64,000 nucleotides of DNA from an uncultured Planctomycetia bacterium. Its GTDB lineage: Bacteria; Omnitrophota; Gorgyraeia; 2-02-FULL-51-18. The translations under genes and the position numbers were made by a program. The stretch spans positions 223,678-287,677 of the forward strand of contig CAZXLF010000002.1 in NCBI GenBank assembly GCA_964642015.1, in the 5' to 3' direction. Shown one piece after another: positions 51,404 to 64,000 of this stretch (position 1 is its first letter; each line of letters opens with the position of its first letter). The notes beneath the pieces are model-generated. The model did not search any database. It was not told the DNA's origin and saw nothing but the letters and a program-made list of their open reading frames with translations.

Positions 51404-51874
51404 ATGAGAAGAAGGACAGCATTAAGACGGGAAGTGATTCCCGATCCAAAATTTAATAATAAAACCATATCCCGCTTTGTCAATATGTTGATGGAAGACG
51501 GAAAGAAATGGAATGCCGAAAAGATCGTTTACGGATCGCTGGATATTGTTGTTCAAAAAACACAAAAGAGCGACGCCATCGAAGTTTTGAATAAAGCGAT
51601 CGATAATGTGCGCCCTCTTTTGGAACTTAAATCCCGCCGCGTCGGCGGCGCAACCTATCAGATTCCTGTTGAAGTACGCGGAGATCGCGGTGCTTCATTG
51701 GCTTTGCGATGGATCAGAAATGCCGCGCGCGGACGCAAAGGCAAACCGATGCAACAACGTCTGGCGGATGAAATTTTAGATGCATACAACGGTCAAGGAA
51801 CGGCTGTTAAAAAGAGAGAAGAGATCCACAAGATGGCCGAGGCGAACCGTGCCTTCAGTCATTATAGGTGGTAA
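51404..51874 (+). CDS. rpsG: 30S ribosomal protein S7
   Basis: 156 aa S7 signature. Confidence 0.96.
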   Translation: MRRRTALRREVIPDPKFNNKTISRFVNMLMEDGKKWNAEKIVYGSLDIVVQKTQKSDAIEVLNKAIDNVRPLLELKSRRVGGATYQIPVEVRGDRGASLALRWIRNAARGRKGKPMQQRLADEILDAYNGQGTAVKKREEIHKMAEANRAFSHYRW

Positions 51875-51886
51875 AGAAATTTTAAA

Positions 51887-53992
<2,106 letters not shown>

Positions 53993-54007
53993 TTAAGGAG
54001 AGAAAGA

Positions 54008-55198
54008 ATGTCCAAAGAAAAATTCGAACGCACTAAACCTCACGTCAATATCGGAACCATCGGCCACGTAGATCACGGCAAGACGACTCTCACCGCAGCC
54101 ATCACCACGGTATTGTCCAAGAAAGGTTTAGCCGAAGCCCGTGCATTCGATACGATCGATAACGCCCCTGAGGAAAGAGAAAGAGGTATCACGATCGCAG
54201 TCTCTCACGTGGAATACCAGACAGAAAAGCGCCATTACGCGCACGTGGATTGCCCGGGTCATGCGGACTATATCAAGAACATGATCACCGGAGCCGCCCA
54301 GATGGACGGAGCCATTCTCGTAGTATCTGCTGCGGACGGCCCGATGCCTCAGACAAGAGAGCATATCCTTCTAGCCCGTCAAGTTGGTGTTCCCGCCATC
54401 GTTGTTTTCTTAAATAAATGCGATACCGTAGATGACAAAGAACTTTTAGACCTGGTTGAAGTTGAAGTAAGAGAACTTCTTACAAAATACCAATTCCCCG
54501 GAGACAAGATCCCCGTTATCCGTGGATCCGCCTTAAACGCTTTGAATAACCCCACAGATCCCAAGCACAACCAATGCATCATGGACTTAATGAAGGCCGT
54601 TGATGATTATGTTCCCACACCCAAGAGAGAGGTTGATAAACCATTCCTCATGCCTGTGGAAGACGTATTCTCGATCACAGGAAGAGGCACCGTCGGGACA
54701 GGCCGTATTGAAAGAGGTGCTTGCAAGGTAGGAGATGAAGTCGAAGTGGTAGGTATTCACCCCACTAAGAAAACCGTCATCACCGGTATTGAAATGTTCC
54801 GTAAGCTCCTAGATGATGGCCAAGCCGGAGATAACGTCGGCCTTCTTCTAAGAGGTATTGAAAAGAACCAATTAGAAAGAGGCCAAGTCCTTGCTAAGCC
54901 GGCCTCTATCACTCCTCACACCAAGTTTAAAGGTGAAGTCTACATCCTCACCAAAGAAGAGGGAGGCAGACACACCGCCTTCTTTAACGGTTACAAACCA
55001 CAGTTTTATTTTAGAACAACAGACGTGACAGGCATTATCCAGCTCCCCAAAGACGTTGAGATGGTCATGCCCGGAGATTCCGTCACCGTCACCGCAGAAC
55101 TCATCACTCCGATCGCGATGGAGAAGGAACTCAGATTCGCCATCCGTGAAGGCGGCCGTACTGTCGGCGCCGGAGTCATCTCGGAGATATTGGGGTAA
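54008..55198 (+). CDS. tuf: Elongation factor Tu (copy 2, TAA stop)
   Basis: Protein identical to copy 1, and the nucleotide sequence appears identical across the CDS. Canonical fusA-tuf-rpsJ position. Confidence 0.97.
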   Translation: MSKEKFERTKPHVNIGTIGHVDHGKTTLTAAITTVLSKKGLAEARAFDTIDNAPEERERGITIAVSHVEYQTEKRHYAHVDCPGHADYIKNMITGAAQMDGAILVVSAADGPMPQTREHILLARQVGVPAIVVFLNKCDTVDDKELLDLVEVEVRELLTKYQFPGDKIPVIRGSALNALNNPTDPKHNQCIMDLMKAVDDYVPTPKREVDKPFLMPVEDVFSITGRGTVGTGRIERGACKVGDEVEVVGIHPTKKTVITGIEMFRKLLDDGQAGDNVGLLLRGIEKNQLERGQVLAKPASITPHTKFKGEVYILTKEEGGRHTAFFNGYKPQFYFRTTDVTGIIQLPKDVEMVMPGDSVTVTAELITPIAMEKELRFAIREGGRTVGAGVISEILG

Positions 55199-55200
55199 TT

Positions 55201-55515
55201 ATGGCGACCGTCGGACAGCAAAAGATCAGGATCAGACTCAAAGCGTATGATCACCGTGTTCTCGATCAGTCCGCTCTTGAGATCGTGGATACAGCAAAGA
55301 GGACCGGCGCGAAAGTTTCAGGACCGATCCCTTTACCGACGGATTGTGAACTGATTACCGTGAACCGTTCACCCGTTATTGATAAAAAGTCACGCGAACA
55401 ATTTTTTATAAAGACACATAAAAGATTGTTGGACATTTTGAATCCTACAGCAAAAACCATTGATGCCTTAAGAAAGTTGGATCTTCCAGCGGGCGTGGAT
55501 GTGGAGATAAAGTAA
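55201..55515 (+). CDS. rpsJ: 30S ribosomal protein S10
   Basis: [24 protein letters not shown] canonical S10. Confidence 0.97.
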   Translation: MATVGQQKIRIRLKAYDHRVLDQSALEIVDTAKRTGAKVSGPIPLPTDCELITVNRSPVIDKKSREQFFIKTHKRLLDILNPTAKTIDALRKLDLPAGVDVEIK

Positions 55516-56243
55516 TGTTGGCAATTTTAGGAAAAAAAATAGGCATGACGCAGTATATCAATAAGGAAGGCGCGCTTATTCCTGCGACAGTCCTTGAAGC
55601 GGGTCCCTGTATCGTGACGGATCTTAAGAATCCCGAGAAGCACGGCTATAAAGCGGCCCAAATTGGTTATGGCGATATCAAAGAAAAACATGTCAGCAAA
55701 GCGATCAAGACGAGTTTTGAGAAGAAGAAGCTTCCTCTAAAGCGCTGGCTCAAAGAGGTTCGTCTGACGCCACAGGAAAATTATGAGCTTGGACAAGAGA
55801 TCAAGGCGGATGTATTCAAGGCCGGCGACATTGTCGACGTTCAGGGCACTTCGATCGGTAAAGGTTTTGCCGGCGGTATGAAGCGTTGGCATTGGAAAGG
55901 CGGGCCCGGAAGTCATGGTTCAATGTTCCATCGCCGTATCGGATCTGCGGGCGCAAGCTCTTTTCCTTCACGTTCATGGCCCGGCCACAGAATGCCTGGA
56001 CATTTGGGCAATGTGACAAAAACATCGCAAAATTTGGAAGTCCTGAAAGTTGACGGCGGAAAAAATTTGATCTTGGTAAAAGGTTCGGTCCCCGGCGGCG
56101 ACGAAGGACTTCTGTTTATCCGAAGATCGCTCAAGAAGCCCGAGGGAGTTAAAGTCAAAGTAGTCGCCAAGGTCAGCGATAAGAAGAAAGATCCGTTGAA
56201 GGCCAGCAAGCAAGCGGCGGCCGGCGGCGGTAAGAAAAAGTAA
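55515..56243 (+). CDS. rplC: 50S ribosomal protein L3
   Basis: 242 aa L3, with a Lys/Gly-rich C-terminal tail. Confidence 0.95.
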   Translation: MLAILGKKIGMTQYINKEGALIPATVLEAGPCIVTDLKNPEKHGYKAAQIGYGDIKEKHVSKAIKTSFEKKKLPLKRWLKEVRLTPQENYELGQEIKADVFKAGDIVDVQGTSIGKGFAGGMKRWHWKGGPGSHGSMFHRRIGSAGASSFPSRSWPGHRMPGHLGNVTKTSQNLEVLKVDGGKNLILVKGSVPGGDEGLLFIRRSLKKPEGVKVKVVAKVSDKKKDPLKASKQAAAGGGKKK

Positions 56244-56254
56244 GCAGGTAGCAA

Positions 56255-57028
56255 ATGCCCGAGAGACGAAAGAAAAAAAATTTAAAGAGCACTAAACATC
56301 ATCTTGCTCGCAAGAAAACGGCGAAGCACGCGGAAAAAAAGCCAGCGAAGGTTAAAAAAGTCAAAACTGTAAAAACCGCCGGTGAATCTAAGGTTAAGGT
56401 TCACGATGGATCGCTTTCTATATTTGATTTGAATGGCAAACAACAGGAAACTTTGGCGATCGATCCTATCTTTCACGATGGCGCTGTGAATACGGATGTG
56501 ATCTATCAGGCTGTTTTGATGTATCAAGCCGGTCAGCGCGAAGGCACAGCCGCGACCAAGGACAGAGGCCATGTGAGCGGTGGCGGAAAAAAACCCTGGA
56601 AACAAAAGGGTACTGGTCAGGCAAGACATGGATCGAGACGTTCGCCGATTTGGCGTCATGGCGGAGTGACTTTCGGTCCGATGCCCAGAGATTATTCTTA
56701 TGCAATACCACTGCAGGTTCGCCGCCGTGCAGTGGTTGAGGGTGTGAAGGATAAAGTCGTTAACGGCAAGCTGATATTGGTAAAGGATCTACAGCTTAAT
56801 GCACCCAAAACAAAATTAATGGCTAATTTACTGGATGTATTTAAGCTGGAAAAACCTTTGTTTTTGGTGCAGCAAAAAACAGAAAATCTGATGTTAGCAT
56901 CAAGGAATATTCCGGGAGTTTCTGTGAAAACCGATAGCGAAGTCAACGCGCTCGATGTTGTTTCTCATAGGGAATGCGTGATGACAAAGGCCGCCTATAC
57001 GGGGCTGGTGAAAAGGTTGAAGCAATGA
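56255..57028 (+). CDS. rplD: 50S ribosomal protein L4 (with ~45-aa Lys-rich N-terminal extension)
   Basis: L4 core begins around VKVHDGSLSIFDLNGK...QAVLMYQAGQREGTAATK. Upstream in the same frame is MPERRKKKNLKSTKHHLARKKTAKHAEKKPAKVKKVKTVK. Start is uncertain; an internal GTG is possible. Confidence 0.9.
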   Translation: MPERRKKKNLKSTKHHLARKKTAKHAEKKPAKVKKVKTVKTAGESKVKVHDGSLSIFDLNGKQQETLAIDPIFHDGAVNTDVIYQAVLMYQAGQREGTAATKDRGHVSGGGKKPWKQKGTGQARHGSRRSPIWRHGGVTFGPMPRDYSYAIPLQVRRRAVVEGVKDKVVNGKLILVKDLQLNAPKTKLMANLLDVFKLEKPLFLVQQKTENLMLASRNIPGVSVKTDSEVNALDVVSHRECVMTKAAYTGLVKRLKQ

Positions 57029-57303
57029 ACACAGCGCATACGATACTTAATTCGCTTTTAAGAACTGAAAAAGGTGTGCTTCAATCGGCGTCCGATAAAT
57101 ATTTCTTTTCTGTCAAAAAGAACGCAAATAAGATTCAGATCAAGAAGGCGGTCGAGGATATTTACAAGGTCAAGGTCGAGAGCGTTAACACTCAGGTGAT
57201 GCCGGGCAAGCTTAAAAGAGTGCGTTATCAGTTAGGCAGGACACCGGATTGGAAAAAGGCCGTCGTCACGCTCAAAGAAGGCCAAAAGATCGATCTAGCA
57301 TAA
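57025..57303 (+). CDS. rplW: 50S ribosomal protein L23
   Basis: [19 protein letters not shown]... L23. ORF is open from 56974, but this ATG overlaps the rplD stop in the usual 4-nt coupling. Confidence 0.92.
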   Translation: MNTAHTILNSLLRTEKGVLQSASDKYFFSVKKNANKIQIKKAVEDIYKVKVESVNTQVMPGKLKRVRYQLGRTPDWKKAVVTLKEGQKIDLA

Positions 57304-57313
57304 GGGATTAGAA

Positions 57314-58147
57314 ATGGGAAACAAAACATTCAGATCATTTACACCATCGCTTCGTTGGACAGCAATCTCGGATTTTTCTGAGCTTTCTCCGAAGCATAAG
57401 AAGCCCGAGAAATCGCTGACCGAGAATTTAAGAGGTTCGGGCGGGCGTAATTCCCACGGCCGCATGACTTCTCGCCGCCGCGGAGGCGGACACAAAAAGA
57501 ATTACCGCATCATTGATTTTAAAAGAGATAAAACAGGCATTGATGGAAAAGTGATATCGGTGGAATATGACCCAAACCGTACAGCGCGCATTGCCTTGAT
57601 CCAATATCCCGATCAGGAAAAGCGTTATATTCTGGCTCCGGTCGGATTGACAGTAGGCATGACTGTTTCGAGTGGACCGAACGCGGAAATTCAACCCGGG
57701 AACGCATTGCCTATCCGTTCAATTCCGCTTGGTACGCAGCTTCACAATCTGGAATTGAGACTGAATGGCGGCGGTCAAATGGTGCGTACGGCTGGCGGTT
57801 ATGCGATCCTGATGGCGAAAGAAGGCGATTTTGCGCATGTGCGTCTGCCTTCAGGTGAGGTGCGGCTTATCCATTTGGATTGCTACGCATCAGTAGGGCA
57901 AGTTGGAAATATTGATCACGAAAATCTTTCTTTGGGTAAAGCCGGGCGTAATCGCTGGCTGGGACGCAGACCCGCTTCACGCGCTCTTGCGAAAAATCCA
58001 GTGGATCATCCGATGGGTGGTGGAGAAGGTAAATCATCCGGCGGAAGACAGCCGACCTCGCGCAACGGACAGTTTGCCAAAGGCTTAAAAACTCGTATTA
58101 AAAAGAAGCCAAGTTCTAAATATATTGTAACAGGGAGACCTCGATGA
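57314..58147 (+). CDS. rplB: 50S ribosomal protein L2
   Basis: 277 aa L2 signature. Confidence 0.97.
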   Translation: MGNKTFRSFTPSLRWTAISDFSELSPKHKKPEKSLTENLRGSGGRNSHGRMTSRRRGGGHKKNYRIIDFKRDKTGIDGKVISVEYDPNRTARIALIQYPDQEKRYILAPVGLTVGMTVSSGPNAEIQPGNALPIRSIPLGTQLHNLELRLNGGGQMVRTAGGYAILMAKEGDFAHVRLPSGEVRLIHLDCYASVGQVGNIDHENLSLGKAGRNRWLGRRPASRALAKNPVDHPMGGGEGKSSGGRQPTSRNGQFAKGLKTRIKKKPSSKYIVTGRPR

Positions 58148-58428
58148 GCCGCTCGATCAGCAAGGGGCCTTACGTTGATGAAAAATTATTGAAAAAAGTG
58201 ACGGCTATGCAAAAGATCCGTGACCGCAAACCGATCAAGACCTGGTCCAGACGATCCACCGTGACGCCGGAATTCGTTGGTTTGACGATGATGATCCACA
58301 ACGGAAAGAGTTTTATCCCCACTTTTATTACGGAAAATATGGTTGGCCACAAGCTGGGAGAATTTGCGGCTACGCGCACATTCAAGAAGCACGGCGGCAT
58401 CACAAAGATGACGACGGAGCTCACATAA
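58144..58428 (+). CDS. rpsS: 30S ribosomal protein S19
   Basis: 94 aa S19 ([17 protein letters not shown]). Confidence 0.96.
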   Translation: MSRSISKGPYVDEKLLKKVTAMQKIRDRKPIKTWSRRSTVTPEFVGLTMMIHNGKSFIPTFITENMVGHKLGEFAATRTFKKHGGITKMTTELT

Positions 58429-58439
58429 GAAGAGATTTT

Positions 58440-58859
58440 ATGATATCAAAAGCATCTGCAAAATTTGTGAGGATTTCGCCAAGAAAAGTGCGGTATGTCA
58501 TTGACCTTATTCGCAAGAAAAAGGTCTCTGATGCGCATGGCATTTTGAACGGATCACCGAGGCGTGCGCGTGAAATCGTAATTAAGCTTTTGAATCAAGC
58601 GGTGGACGCAGCCGTTAAAAATTCACAGGCGGATATAAAAAATCTGTATGTTTCACGTGTGACCGCTGATGGCGGACCGAGTATGCGTCGATTCCGCGCA
58701 GCCAGCATGGGACGCGCTTCGACCATCCGTAAAAGGACCAGCCACATTCATTTGGAACTGGACCTTATCAATAAAAACGCAGTATCTGCTGTACCGCCGG
58801 CGCAAACTGATAAAAAGCCGGTAAAAAAAATAGTTAAAAAACTTGTAGGAGCCAAATAA
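58440..58859 (+). CDS. rplV: 50S ribosomal protein L22 (C-terminal extension)
   Basis: L22 core plus a ~25-aa Lys/Pro/Ala-rich C-terminal tail. Confidence 0.93.
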   Translation: MISKASAKFVRISPRKVRYVIDLIRKKKVSDAHGILNGSPRRAREIVIKLLNQAVDAAVKNSQADIKNLYVSRVTADGGPSMRRFRAASMGRASTIRKRTSHIHLELDLINKNAVSAVPPAQTDKKPVKKIVKKLVGAK

Positions 58860-59578
58860 TGGGCCAAAAAGTACATCCGACCAGCTTTAGATTAGGATAT
58901 ATCAAGACGTGGAGTTCGCGATGGTATGCGAACAAGAAAGATTTTTCCAGATTTTTACACGAAGATGTGAAAGTGAGGAAACATGTCCTCAAAGCTTTTA
59001 ATCAAGCTGCGATAGCCAAGGTTGAGATAGAAAGAGCCAGCGATAAGATACGCGTAAATATTCATACTGCCAGACCCGGTGTTATTATCGGCAGAAAAGG
59101 TGCGGATATCGATCGTCTTCGCGAGGATTTGCAGGGCATCACAGGGAACAAAGAGATCCATATTAACATCAAAGAGATCAAGAATCCGTCGATCGATGCT
59201 CAGTTAATATCTGAGAATGTGGCGCTTCAGCTGGAAAAAAGAATTGCGTTCCGCCGGGCGATGAAAAAGGCGATCCAGCAGGCGTTAGACAGCGGAGCCA
59301 AAGGCATTAAGATTCAGACCAAGGGACGTCTAGCCGGTTCTGAAATTGCGCGCGCCGAAGGTTATTTGGAGGGCAAAGTGCCTCTTCACACATTGAGAGC
59401 CGACATTGACTACGGTTTTGCCGAATCTCAGACCACGTACGGCAAAATCGGCGTTAAAGTGCTCGTATATAAAGGTGATATTATCCAGAAGAAGCAAGAT
59501 ATGGCCGAAAAACGCGAAGAAATTGCTGAAACGGCCGATAAGGAAACCGCGGAGACCAGCCATGCTCTTGATGCCTAA
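58859..59578 (+). CDS. rpsC: 30S ribosomal protein S3
   Basis: [24 protein letters not shown] canonical S3; acidic C-terminal tail. Confidence 0.96.
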   Translation: MGQKVHPTSFRLGYIKTWSSRWYANKKDFSRFLHEDVKVRKHVLKAFNQAAIAKVEIERASDKIRVNIHTARPGVIIGRKGADIDRLREDLQGITGNKEIHINIKEIKNPSIDAQLISENVALQLEKRIAFRRAMKKAIQQALDSGAKGIKIQTKGRLAGSEIARAEGYLEGKVPLHTLRADIDYGFAESQTTYGKIGVKVLVYKGDIIQKKQDMAEKREEIAETADKETAETSHALDA

Positions 59579-59978
59579 ACGCGTCAAATACCGCAAGACA
59601 CAACGCGGCCGTAGAAAAGGCAAAGCTCAAAGAGGCAATCAGTTGAGCTATGGTGAGTTTGGTTTACAGGTTTTGCAGAACGGCTGGCTTACCAATATTG
59701 AGATCGAAGCCGCACGCGTGGCTATTTCAAGAAATGTGAAGCTCGGCAAGGTTTATATACGCGCTTATCCTGATAAGCCCGTAACCAAAAAGCCCGCTGA
59801 AACGCGTATGGGTAAAGGCAAAGGCATGGTCGAGTTTTGGGTTTCGGTGGTGAAGAGGGGCAAGATCCTCTTCGAGGTTGAGGGATTACCGGAAGAGATC
59901 GCAAAGGAATCTATGCGTTTGGCGGCAACCAAACTATCGCTCCCGACTCGTTTTGTATCAAGGAAGGGAATGATATGA
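59562..59978 (+). CDS. rplP: 50S ribosomal protein L16
   Basis: [20 protein letters not shown]... ORF is open from 59406, but L16 homology starts here, overlapping the rpsC end by 17 nt. Confidence 0.92.
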   Translation: MLLMPKRVKYRKTQRGRRKGKAQRGNQLSYGEFGLQVLQNGWLTNIEIEAARVAISRNVKLGKVYIRAYPDKPVTKKPAETRMGKGKGMVEFWVSVVKRGKILFEVEGLPEEIAKESMRLAATKLSLPTRFVSRKGMI

Positions 59979-60166
59979 GCCGCGTGAAAGCCAAAGATTT
60001 GAGAGGGTTGAGTTCATTAGAGCTTGATCAGAAAAAGAACGCTCTTGAAAAGGACCTTTTTGAGTTGAGACAAAAGAAGGCTGCGGGAACGCTTGAGAAA
60101 CCGCACCAGTTTAAAGTGATCCGGCGCCAGATAGCGCAGATCAATACGGTCAAGAGGGAAAAATAA
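59975..60166 (+). CDS. rpmC: 50S ribosomal protein L29
   Basis: 63 aa L29. Confidence 0.93.
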   Translation: MSRVKAKDLRGLSSLELDQKKNALEKDLFELRQKKAAGTLEKPHQFKVIRRQIAQINTVKREK

Positions 60167-60167
60167 A

Positions 60168-60503
60168 ATGCCGGTAACAGCAGTCAGAGAAAATTTCAGA
60201 AAAAAAAGGGTAGGCATCGTTTTGGGTAATAAGATGAAAAAAACGATCGTTGTGCAGATCAAACAGAAAGCGCTGCACCCTCTTTATGGAAAGGTCATTG
60301 AGAAAGCGACCAAGTTCAAAGTGCACGATGAAAAGAATGAGGCTCAGGTAGGCGATAAGGTCCGCATCGAGGAAACGCGCCCGCTATCAAAAGATAAGCG
60401 GTGGAGACTCATTCAAATATTGAGCCATGGACATGCCAAATCTGCGGATGATATTAAAGAAGCGCCGGGAGTTGTGGCAAAGGGTCAAGTTAAAGGAAAT
60501 TAA
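60168..60503 (+). CDS. rpsQ: 30S ribosomal protein S17
   Basis: S17 OB-fold signature ([16 protein letters not shown]); 111 aa with a C-terminal tail. Confidence 0.94.
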   Translation: MPVTAVRENFRKKRVGIVLGNKMKKTIVVQIKQKALHPLYGKVIEKATKFKVHDEKNEAQVGDKVRIEETRPLSKDKRWRLIQILSHGHAKSADDIKEAPGVVAKGQVKGN

Positions 60504-60505
60504 AC

Positions 60506-60874
60506 ATGATCAGGATGAGGACGTTATTAGACGTTGCAGATAATACGGGAGCCAAAAAGGCCTCGTGTATCGGTGTGATGGGCCGTTCAGGTCGTCTGAT
60601 AGCGGAAGTGGGTGATATTATCAGCGCCAATGTCAAGGAAGTCACCGCGGACGCTTCTGTAAAAAAAGGTGAGGTGGTCAAAGCCGTTGTGGTGCGGACA
60701 AAGAACAAGATCCGCCGTCCTGACGGAACCTCACTTCGTTTTGACACAAATGCGCTCGTGATCATTGATACGCAAAAGAATCCGCGCGGAACCCGGGTTT
60801 TTGGACCTGTGCCCAGGGAATTGCGCGACAAAGGTTTTATGAAGATTATTTCCTTAGCGCCGGAGGTTATTTAA
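60506..60874 (+). CDS. rplN: 50S ribosomal protein L14
   Basis: [18 protein letters not shown] canonical L14. Confidence 0.97.
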   Translation: MIRMRTLLDVADNTGAKKASCIGVMGRSGRLIAEVGDIISANVKEVTADASVKKGEVVKAVVVRTKNKIRRPDGTSLRFDTNALVIIDTQKNPRGTRVFGPVPRELRDKGFMKIISLAPEVI

Positions 60875-60876
60875 AA

Positions 60877-61194
60877 ATGAGTTTGGGGATCAAGAAGGGT
60901 GATAAAGTATTTGTTTTGGCCGGAAAAGATAAGGGCAAAACCGCCCGTGTTATTTATATCTATCCCAAGACCAACCGCGCGCTTGTTGAAGGCATTAACA
61001 TGGCAAAAAAACACTTAAGAAAAAGCCAGCAGAATCCTCAGGGGGGTATTGTGAATCGGGAAACCACGATCCATATCTCAAATTTGGGCCTATTATGCCC
61101 CGTATCCGGAAAACCGACCCGCATCAAAATGGCTGTGGCCGGCGATGGTTCTAAACAAAGATTATCAGCAAAAAATAAGGCGGTGATCGGTTAA
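60877..61194 (+). CDS. rplX: 50S ribosomal protein L24
   Basis: KOW motif (KKGDKVFVLAGKDKGK). Confidence 0.95.
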   Translation: MSLGIKKGDKVFVLAGKDKGKTARVIYIYPKTNRALVEGINMAKKHLRKSQQNPQGGIVNRETTIHISNLGLLCPVSGKPTRIKMAVAGDGSKQRLSAKNKAVIG

Positions 61195-61195
61195 C

Positions 61196-61795
61196 ATGGC
61201 GAATACGACGGCGACATTCCAAGAAATATACACAAAACAGATCGTTCCGCAGCTGGTCAAAAAGTTTGGATACAAGAACGCTCTCCAGGCTCCCCGACTT
61301 CAGAAGATCGTTGTCAATATGGGCGTGGGCAAAGGCGCTGAAGATATCAAGATCGTCGAAGCGGCCCAGCAGGAGTTAACAATGATCACCGGTCAACGCG
61401 CCGTTATTACGCGCGCCAAAAAGGCTATTTCAAATTTTAAGATCAGGGAAAATTCTCCGATCGGCTGTAAGGTGACTTTAAGAAAAAGAACGATGTATGA
61501 ATTCTTCGAAAGACTCGTGCGTGTGGCTCTGCCGCGCATCAGGGATTTTCGCGGGATCAGTCCCAGAGGTTTTGATGAGGCGGGGAATTATACGTTCGGG
61601 CTTCAGGAGCAGAACATTTTCCCCGAGATAGAGACCGATCGTATCGTGCGTGCTCAAGGGATGGATATCACGTTCGTGATCCGTTCCAGATCGAGAGCGG
61701 AATCGTATGAGCTTTTAAGTCTTTTTGGAATGCCTTTCAGAACAAAAACAGAGAAACCCGCGGCTCAGCAGGCAGTCCAAGCCGTACAAGTTTAA
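61196..61795 (+). CDS. rplE: 50S ribosomal protein L5
   Basis: 199 aa L5 signature. Confidence 0.96.
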   Translation: MANTTATFQEIYTKQIVPQLVKKFGYKNALQAPRLQKIVVNMGVGKGAEDIKIVEAAQQELTMITGQRAVITRAKKAISNFKIRENSPIGCKVTLRKRTMYEFFERLVRVALPRIRDFRGISPRGFDEAGNYTFGLQEQNIFPEIETDRIVRAQGMDITFVIRSRSRAESYELLSLFGMPFRTKTEKPAAQQAVQAVQV

Positions 61796-61804
61796 GGAAA
61801 TACA

Positions 61805-61990
61805 ATGGCTAAATTATCATTGATGCTGAAACAACAAAGACCGCCGAAATTCAAGACGCAAGCTTACAATCGCTGTGTACAATGCGGAAAGACGCGCGGC
61901 TATTATAGGAAATTCAAACTTTGCAGGATTTGTTTTAGGGAAATGGCTTCGAAGGGAGAGATCCCCGGCGTCATTAAAGCAAGCTGGTAA
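61805..61990 (+). CDS. rpsN: 30S ribosomal protein S14 type Z (zinc-binding)
   Basis: 61 aa with CxxC...CxxC ([23 protein letters not shown]). Confidence 0.95.
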   Translation: MAKLSLMLKQQRPPKFKTQAYNRCVQCGKTRGYYRKFKLCRICFREMASKGEIPGVIKASW

Positions 61991-62015
61991 ACACAATTTT
62001 TAAAGGAAAAAATAA

Positions 62016-62414
62016 ATGGCATTAACAGATCCGATAGCAGATGGGCTTACGATGATCCGAAACGCGAACCGCGCGAAAAAGGACCGCCTGGATATTCCGG
62101 CCTCATCTCTGATGACCCAAATATTGAAGATACTGAAGCAGGAAAAATTCATTTACGATTACCGTCTTATCGAAGACAAAAAGCAGGGCATCTTGCGCGT
62201 TTATCTGAGAAAAACCAACGAGGCCGTGAGAGTGATTAATCGCATCCAAAGGGTTTCAAGGCCTGGTTTAAGGATTTACACGAAAAAAGAAAGCATACCG
62301 ACTGTTTTGAACGGTCTTGGCGTCTGCGTTCTTTCGACGCCTCAGGGTGTGCTTTCAGGTGAAGAAGCTAAGCGCCGTAATGTTGGCGGTGAAGTACTGT
62401 TGAAGGTTTGGTGA
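62016..62414 (+). CDS. rpsH: 30S ribosomal protein S8
   Basis: MALTDPIADGLTMIRNA canonical S8. Confidence 0.96.
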   Translation: MALTDPIADGLTMIRNANRAKKDRLDIPASSLMTQILKILKQEKFIYDYRLIEDKKQGILRVYLRKTNEAVRVINRIQRVSRPGLRIYTKKESIPTVLNGLGVCVLSTPQGVLSGEEAKRRNVGGEVLLKVW

Positions 62415-62417
62415 AGC

Positions 62418-62957
62418 ATGTCACGCATCGGAAAAAAACCCATAGAGATCCCGAAAGGTGTCAAGCTCTCTGTCGCTAATCAGGATATTCATGTTGAAGG
62501 TCCTAAGGGGAAATTGCAATTTAAAATGAGCTCTCGAGTCAAGGCAAGTGTTAAAGATAACCTTGTGACTTTCGAACGTCTGACGAATCAAAAGACCGAC
62601 GGAGCACTTCAAGGTACGGCCCGCAGTGTGGTCGCCAATATGATCAAAGGTGTCACGGACGGTTTTTCAAAAGAACTAGCCATTGAAGGTGTTGGGTTTA
62701 AAGCACAGGTGCAGGGCAAGCAGCTGAATTTGTCGCTTGGCTTCACGCATCCGGTTATATTTGATGTGCCCGAAGGACTTGTTGTTGAATCCCCAAAGCC
62801 GACACAAGTTCTTGTCAAAGGCATCGATAAGGTCAAGGTCGGGCATTTCGCCGCCAAGATAAGGAAAGTTTATGAAGCTGAACCTTACAAAGGCAAGGGC
62901 GTTCGGTATTTGGGCGAAAATGTCAGACGCAAAGCCGGAAAGACGGTAACAAAATAA
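62418..62957 (+). CDS. rplF: 50S ribosomal protein L6
   Basis: MSRIGKKPIEIPKGV canonical L6. Confidence 0.96.
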   Translation: MSRIGKKPIEIPKGVKLSVANQDIHVEGPKGKLQFKMSSRVKASVKDNLVTFERLTNQKTDGALQGTARSVVANMIKGVTDGFSKELAIEGVGFKAQVQGKQLNLSLGFTHPVIFDVPEGLVVESPKPTQVLVKGIDKVKVGHFAAKIRKVYEAEPYKGKGVRYLGENVRRKAGKTVTK

Positions 62958-63331
62958 TGCTATCTAAAAATCGAGTAAAATCAAACCGCATTATCAGACA
63001 TTTTAGAATCAGAAAAAGAGTCCGCGGCAATTCGGAGCGTCCGCGCTTGAGCGTGTATCCGAGTATCCAGCATCTGGAAGCTCAGATCATTAATGATTAT
63101 GAGCAAAAAACGCTGGTCGGTCTTTCGACCAAAGCTAAGGAATTCAAAAAAATCTCAGGACTCAAGACCGGCGGGAATGTGGCGGCCGCGGTGCATTTCG
63201 GTAAGTTTGTGGCCGAGCGTGCCAAAGCCAAAGGGATCAAACAAGTGGTTTTTGACAGAGGCGGCTTTTTGTATCATGGCAGGATCAAGGCGTTCGCTGA
63301 TGCCGCCAGAGAGCAAGGGCTTTCATTTTAA
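62957..63331 (+). CDS. rplR: 50S ribosomal protein L18
   Basis: 124 aa L18. Confidence 0.94.
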   Translation: MLSKNRVKSNRIIRHFRIRKRVRGNSERPRLSVYPSIQHLEAQIINDYEQKTLVGLSTKAKEFKKISGLKTGGNVAAAVHFGKFVAERAKAKGIKQVVFDRGGFLYHGRIKAFADAAREQGLSF

Positions 63332-63348
63332 TTTTAAAAAAAAGGTAG

Positions 63349-63969
63349 TTGAAAGTGGAAAATAAAGAATTCAAATCTAAATCCAAAACAAAAATGGTCG
63401 AAAAATCCGACGCATTGGGTGTATCGCTTAACCAGGCTGCTGTAGTGGCGGTTACCGAAGAAGTCGTGGCGCAGGTCAAAGCTCCCAGGCCGGGTCGTCC
63501 GCAGAAAAAATCTTTCAAGCAGGATGTTCCGCAGGAATTCGTCGAGAAAGTCGTTACGGTCAATCGCGTGGCGAAAGTGGTTAAGGGTGGAAAAAGATTT
63601 TCATTCAGCGCCCTCGTGGTGGTGGGCGATTTGAAAGGACGTGTCGGGTTCGCGCTCGGAAAGGCCAACGAGGTCCAAGACGCGATCCGTAAAGGTATTT
63701 TTCAAGCCAAGAAAAATTTGTTCAAAGTTCCCTTGAAAGGTACTACGATCCCTCATGAAGTTATTGGTCATTTTGGCGCTGCCAAAGTATTGATGAAGCC
63801 AGCGCTTCCGGGAACGGGCGTTATATCCGGAGGCGCAGTTCGCGCGATCTGTGAATCTGTAGGCATTAAAGATATTTTGACCAAATCTTTAGGTTCGGAT
63901 AATTCCATGAATGTGGTGCGGGCCACTGCCGATGGATTGATGAAATTAATAGGTACAGCCAATGCTTAA
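63349..63969 (+). CDS. rpsE: 30S ribosomal protein S5 (with ~40-aa N-terminal extension)
   Basis: S5 dsRBD and C-terminal domain ([22 protein letters not shown]...), preceded by a K/E-rich extension. Confidence 0.94.
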   Translation: MKVENKEFKSKSKTKMVEKSDALGVSLNQAAVVAVTEEVVAQVKAPRPGRPQKKSFKQDVPQEFVEKVVTVNRVAKVVKGGKRFSFSALVVVGDLKGRVGFALGKANEVQDAIRKGIFQAKKNLFKVPLKGTTIPHEVIGHFGAAKVLMKPALPGTGVISGGAVRAICESVGIKDILTKSLGSDNSMNVVRATADGLMKLIGTANA

Positions 63970-64000
63970 TAGGCTCAAACGTCCAAAGAACATTATTAAA
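63962..64000 (+). CDS. rplO: Probable 50S ribosomal protein L15, 5' fragment (3' truncated by window edge)
   Basis: [13 protein letters not shown]... resembles L15 N-termini (MKLNELKP...). Starts with ATG overlapping the rpsE stop. No L30 gene lies between S5 and this ORF. Confidence 0.35.
   Translation, partial: MLNRLKRPKNIIK

Overview
This is a gene-dense bacterial chromosomal segment (roughly 45-50% GC by eye) made up almost entirely of housekeeping genes. About 70 of 71 protein genes lie on the + strand; the only minus-strand gene is a myo-inositol-1-phosphate synthase. Gene order: glgA (5' truncated)-coaE-rho-rpmE-prfA-prmC-murA-rpsP-trmD-rplS-rnhB-guaA, a Cas4-like hypothetical, dnaE, HU, hisS-aspS-ybeY, a DgkA/PAP2 fusion, DUF502, recO-glyQ-glyS-ppdK, a short sigma-70 factor overlapped at its stop by tRNA-Arg(CCU), an outer-membrane beta-barrel, MIPS (minus), then ftsH-folP-cdaA-cdaR-pdxJ-acpS-nnrD. 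After these comes a tRNA cluster, Thr(UGU)-Tyr(GUA)-Gly(UCC)-Thr(GGU), that resembles E. coli thrU-tyrU-glyT-thrT-tufB but carries three inserted genes: a secreted tandem-repeat protein, a T4 endonuclease-V-like pyrimidine-dimer glycosylase, and a CDP-alcohol phosphatidyltransferase. The window finishes with tuf-rpmG-tRNA-Trp-secE-nusG-rplKAJL-rpoBC-rpsLG-fusA-tuf(second copy), the complete S10 operon and the start of the spc operon (rplN through rpsE, then a partial L15-like start). I found no rRNA, CRISPR array, transposase or integrase. The most unusual local features are: (1) a 21-nt direct repeat of the tRNA-Tyr 3' end flanking a 122-bp structured spacer, next to genes inserted into an otherwise conserved tRNA-tuf cluster; (2) two sequence-identical 1.19-kb tuf coding copies with different stop codons; (3) a DgkA-PAP2 fusion; (4) a standalone Cas4-like cysteine-bracketed protein with a variant E-x-Q motif; (5) inositol-lipid candidate genes. 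No defense island or large mobile element is evident. The novelty here is modest and mostly concerns the accessory insertions in the tRNA cluster.
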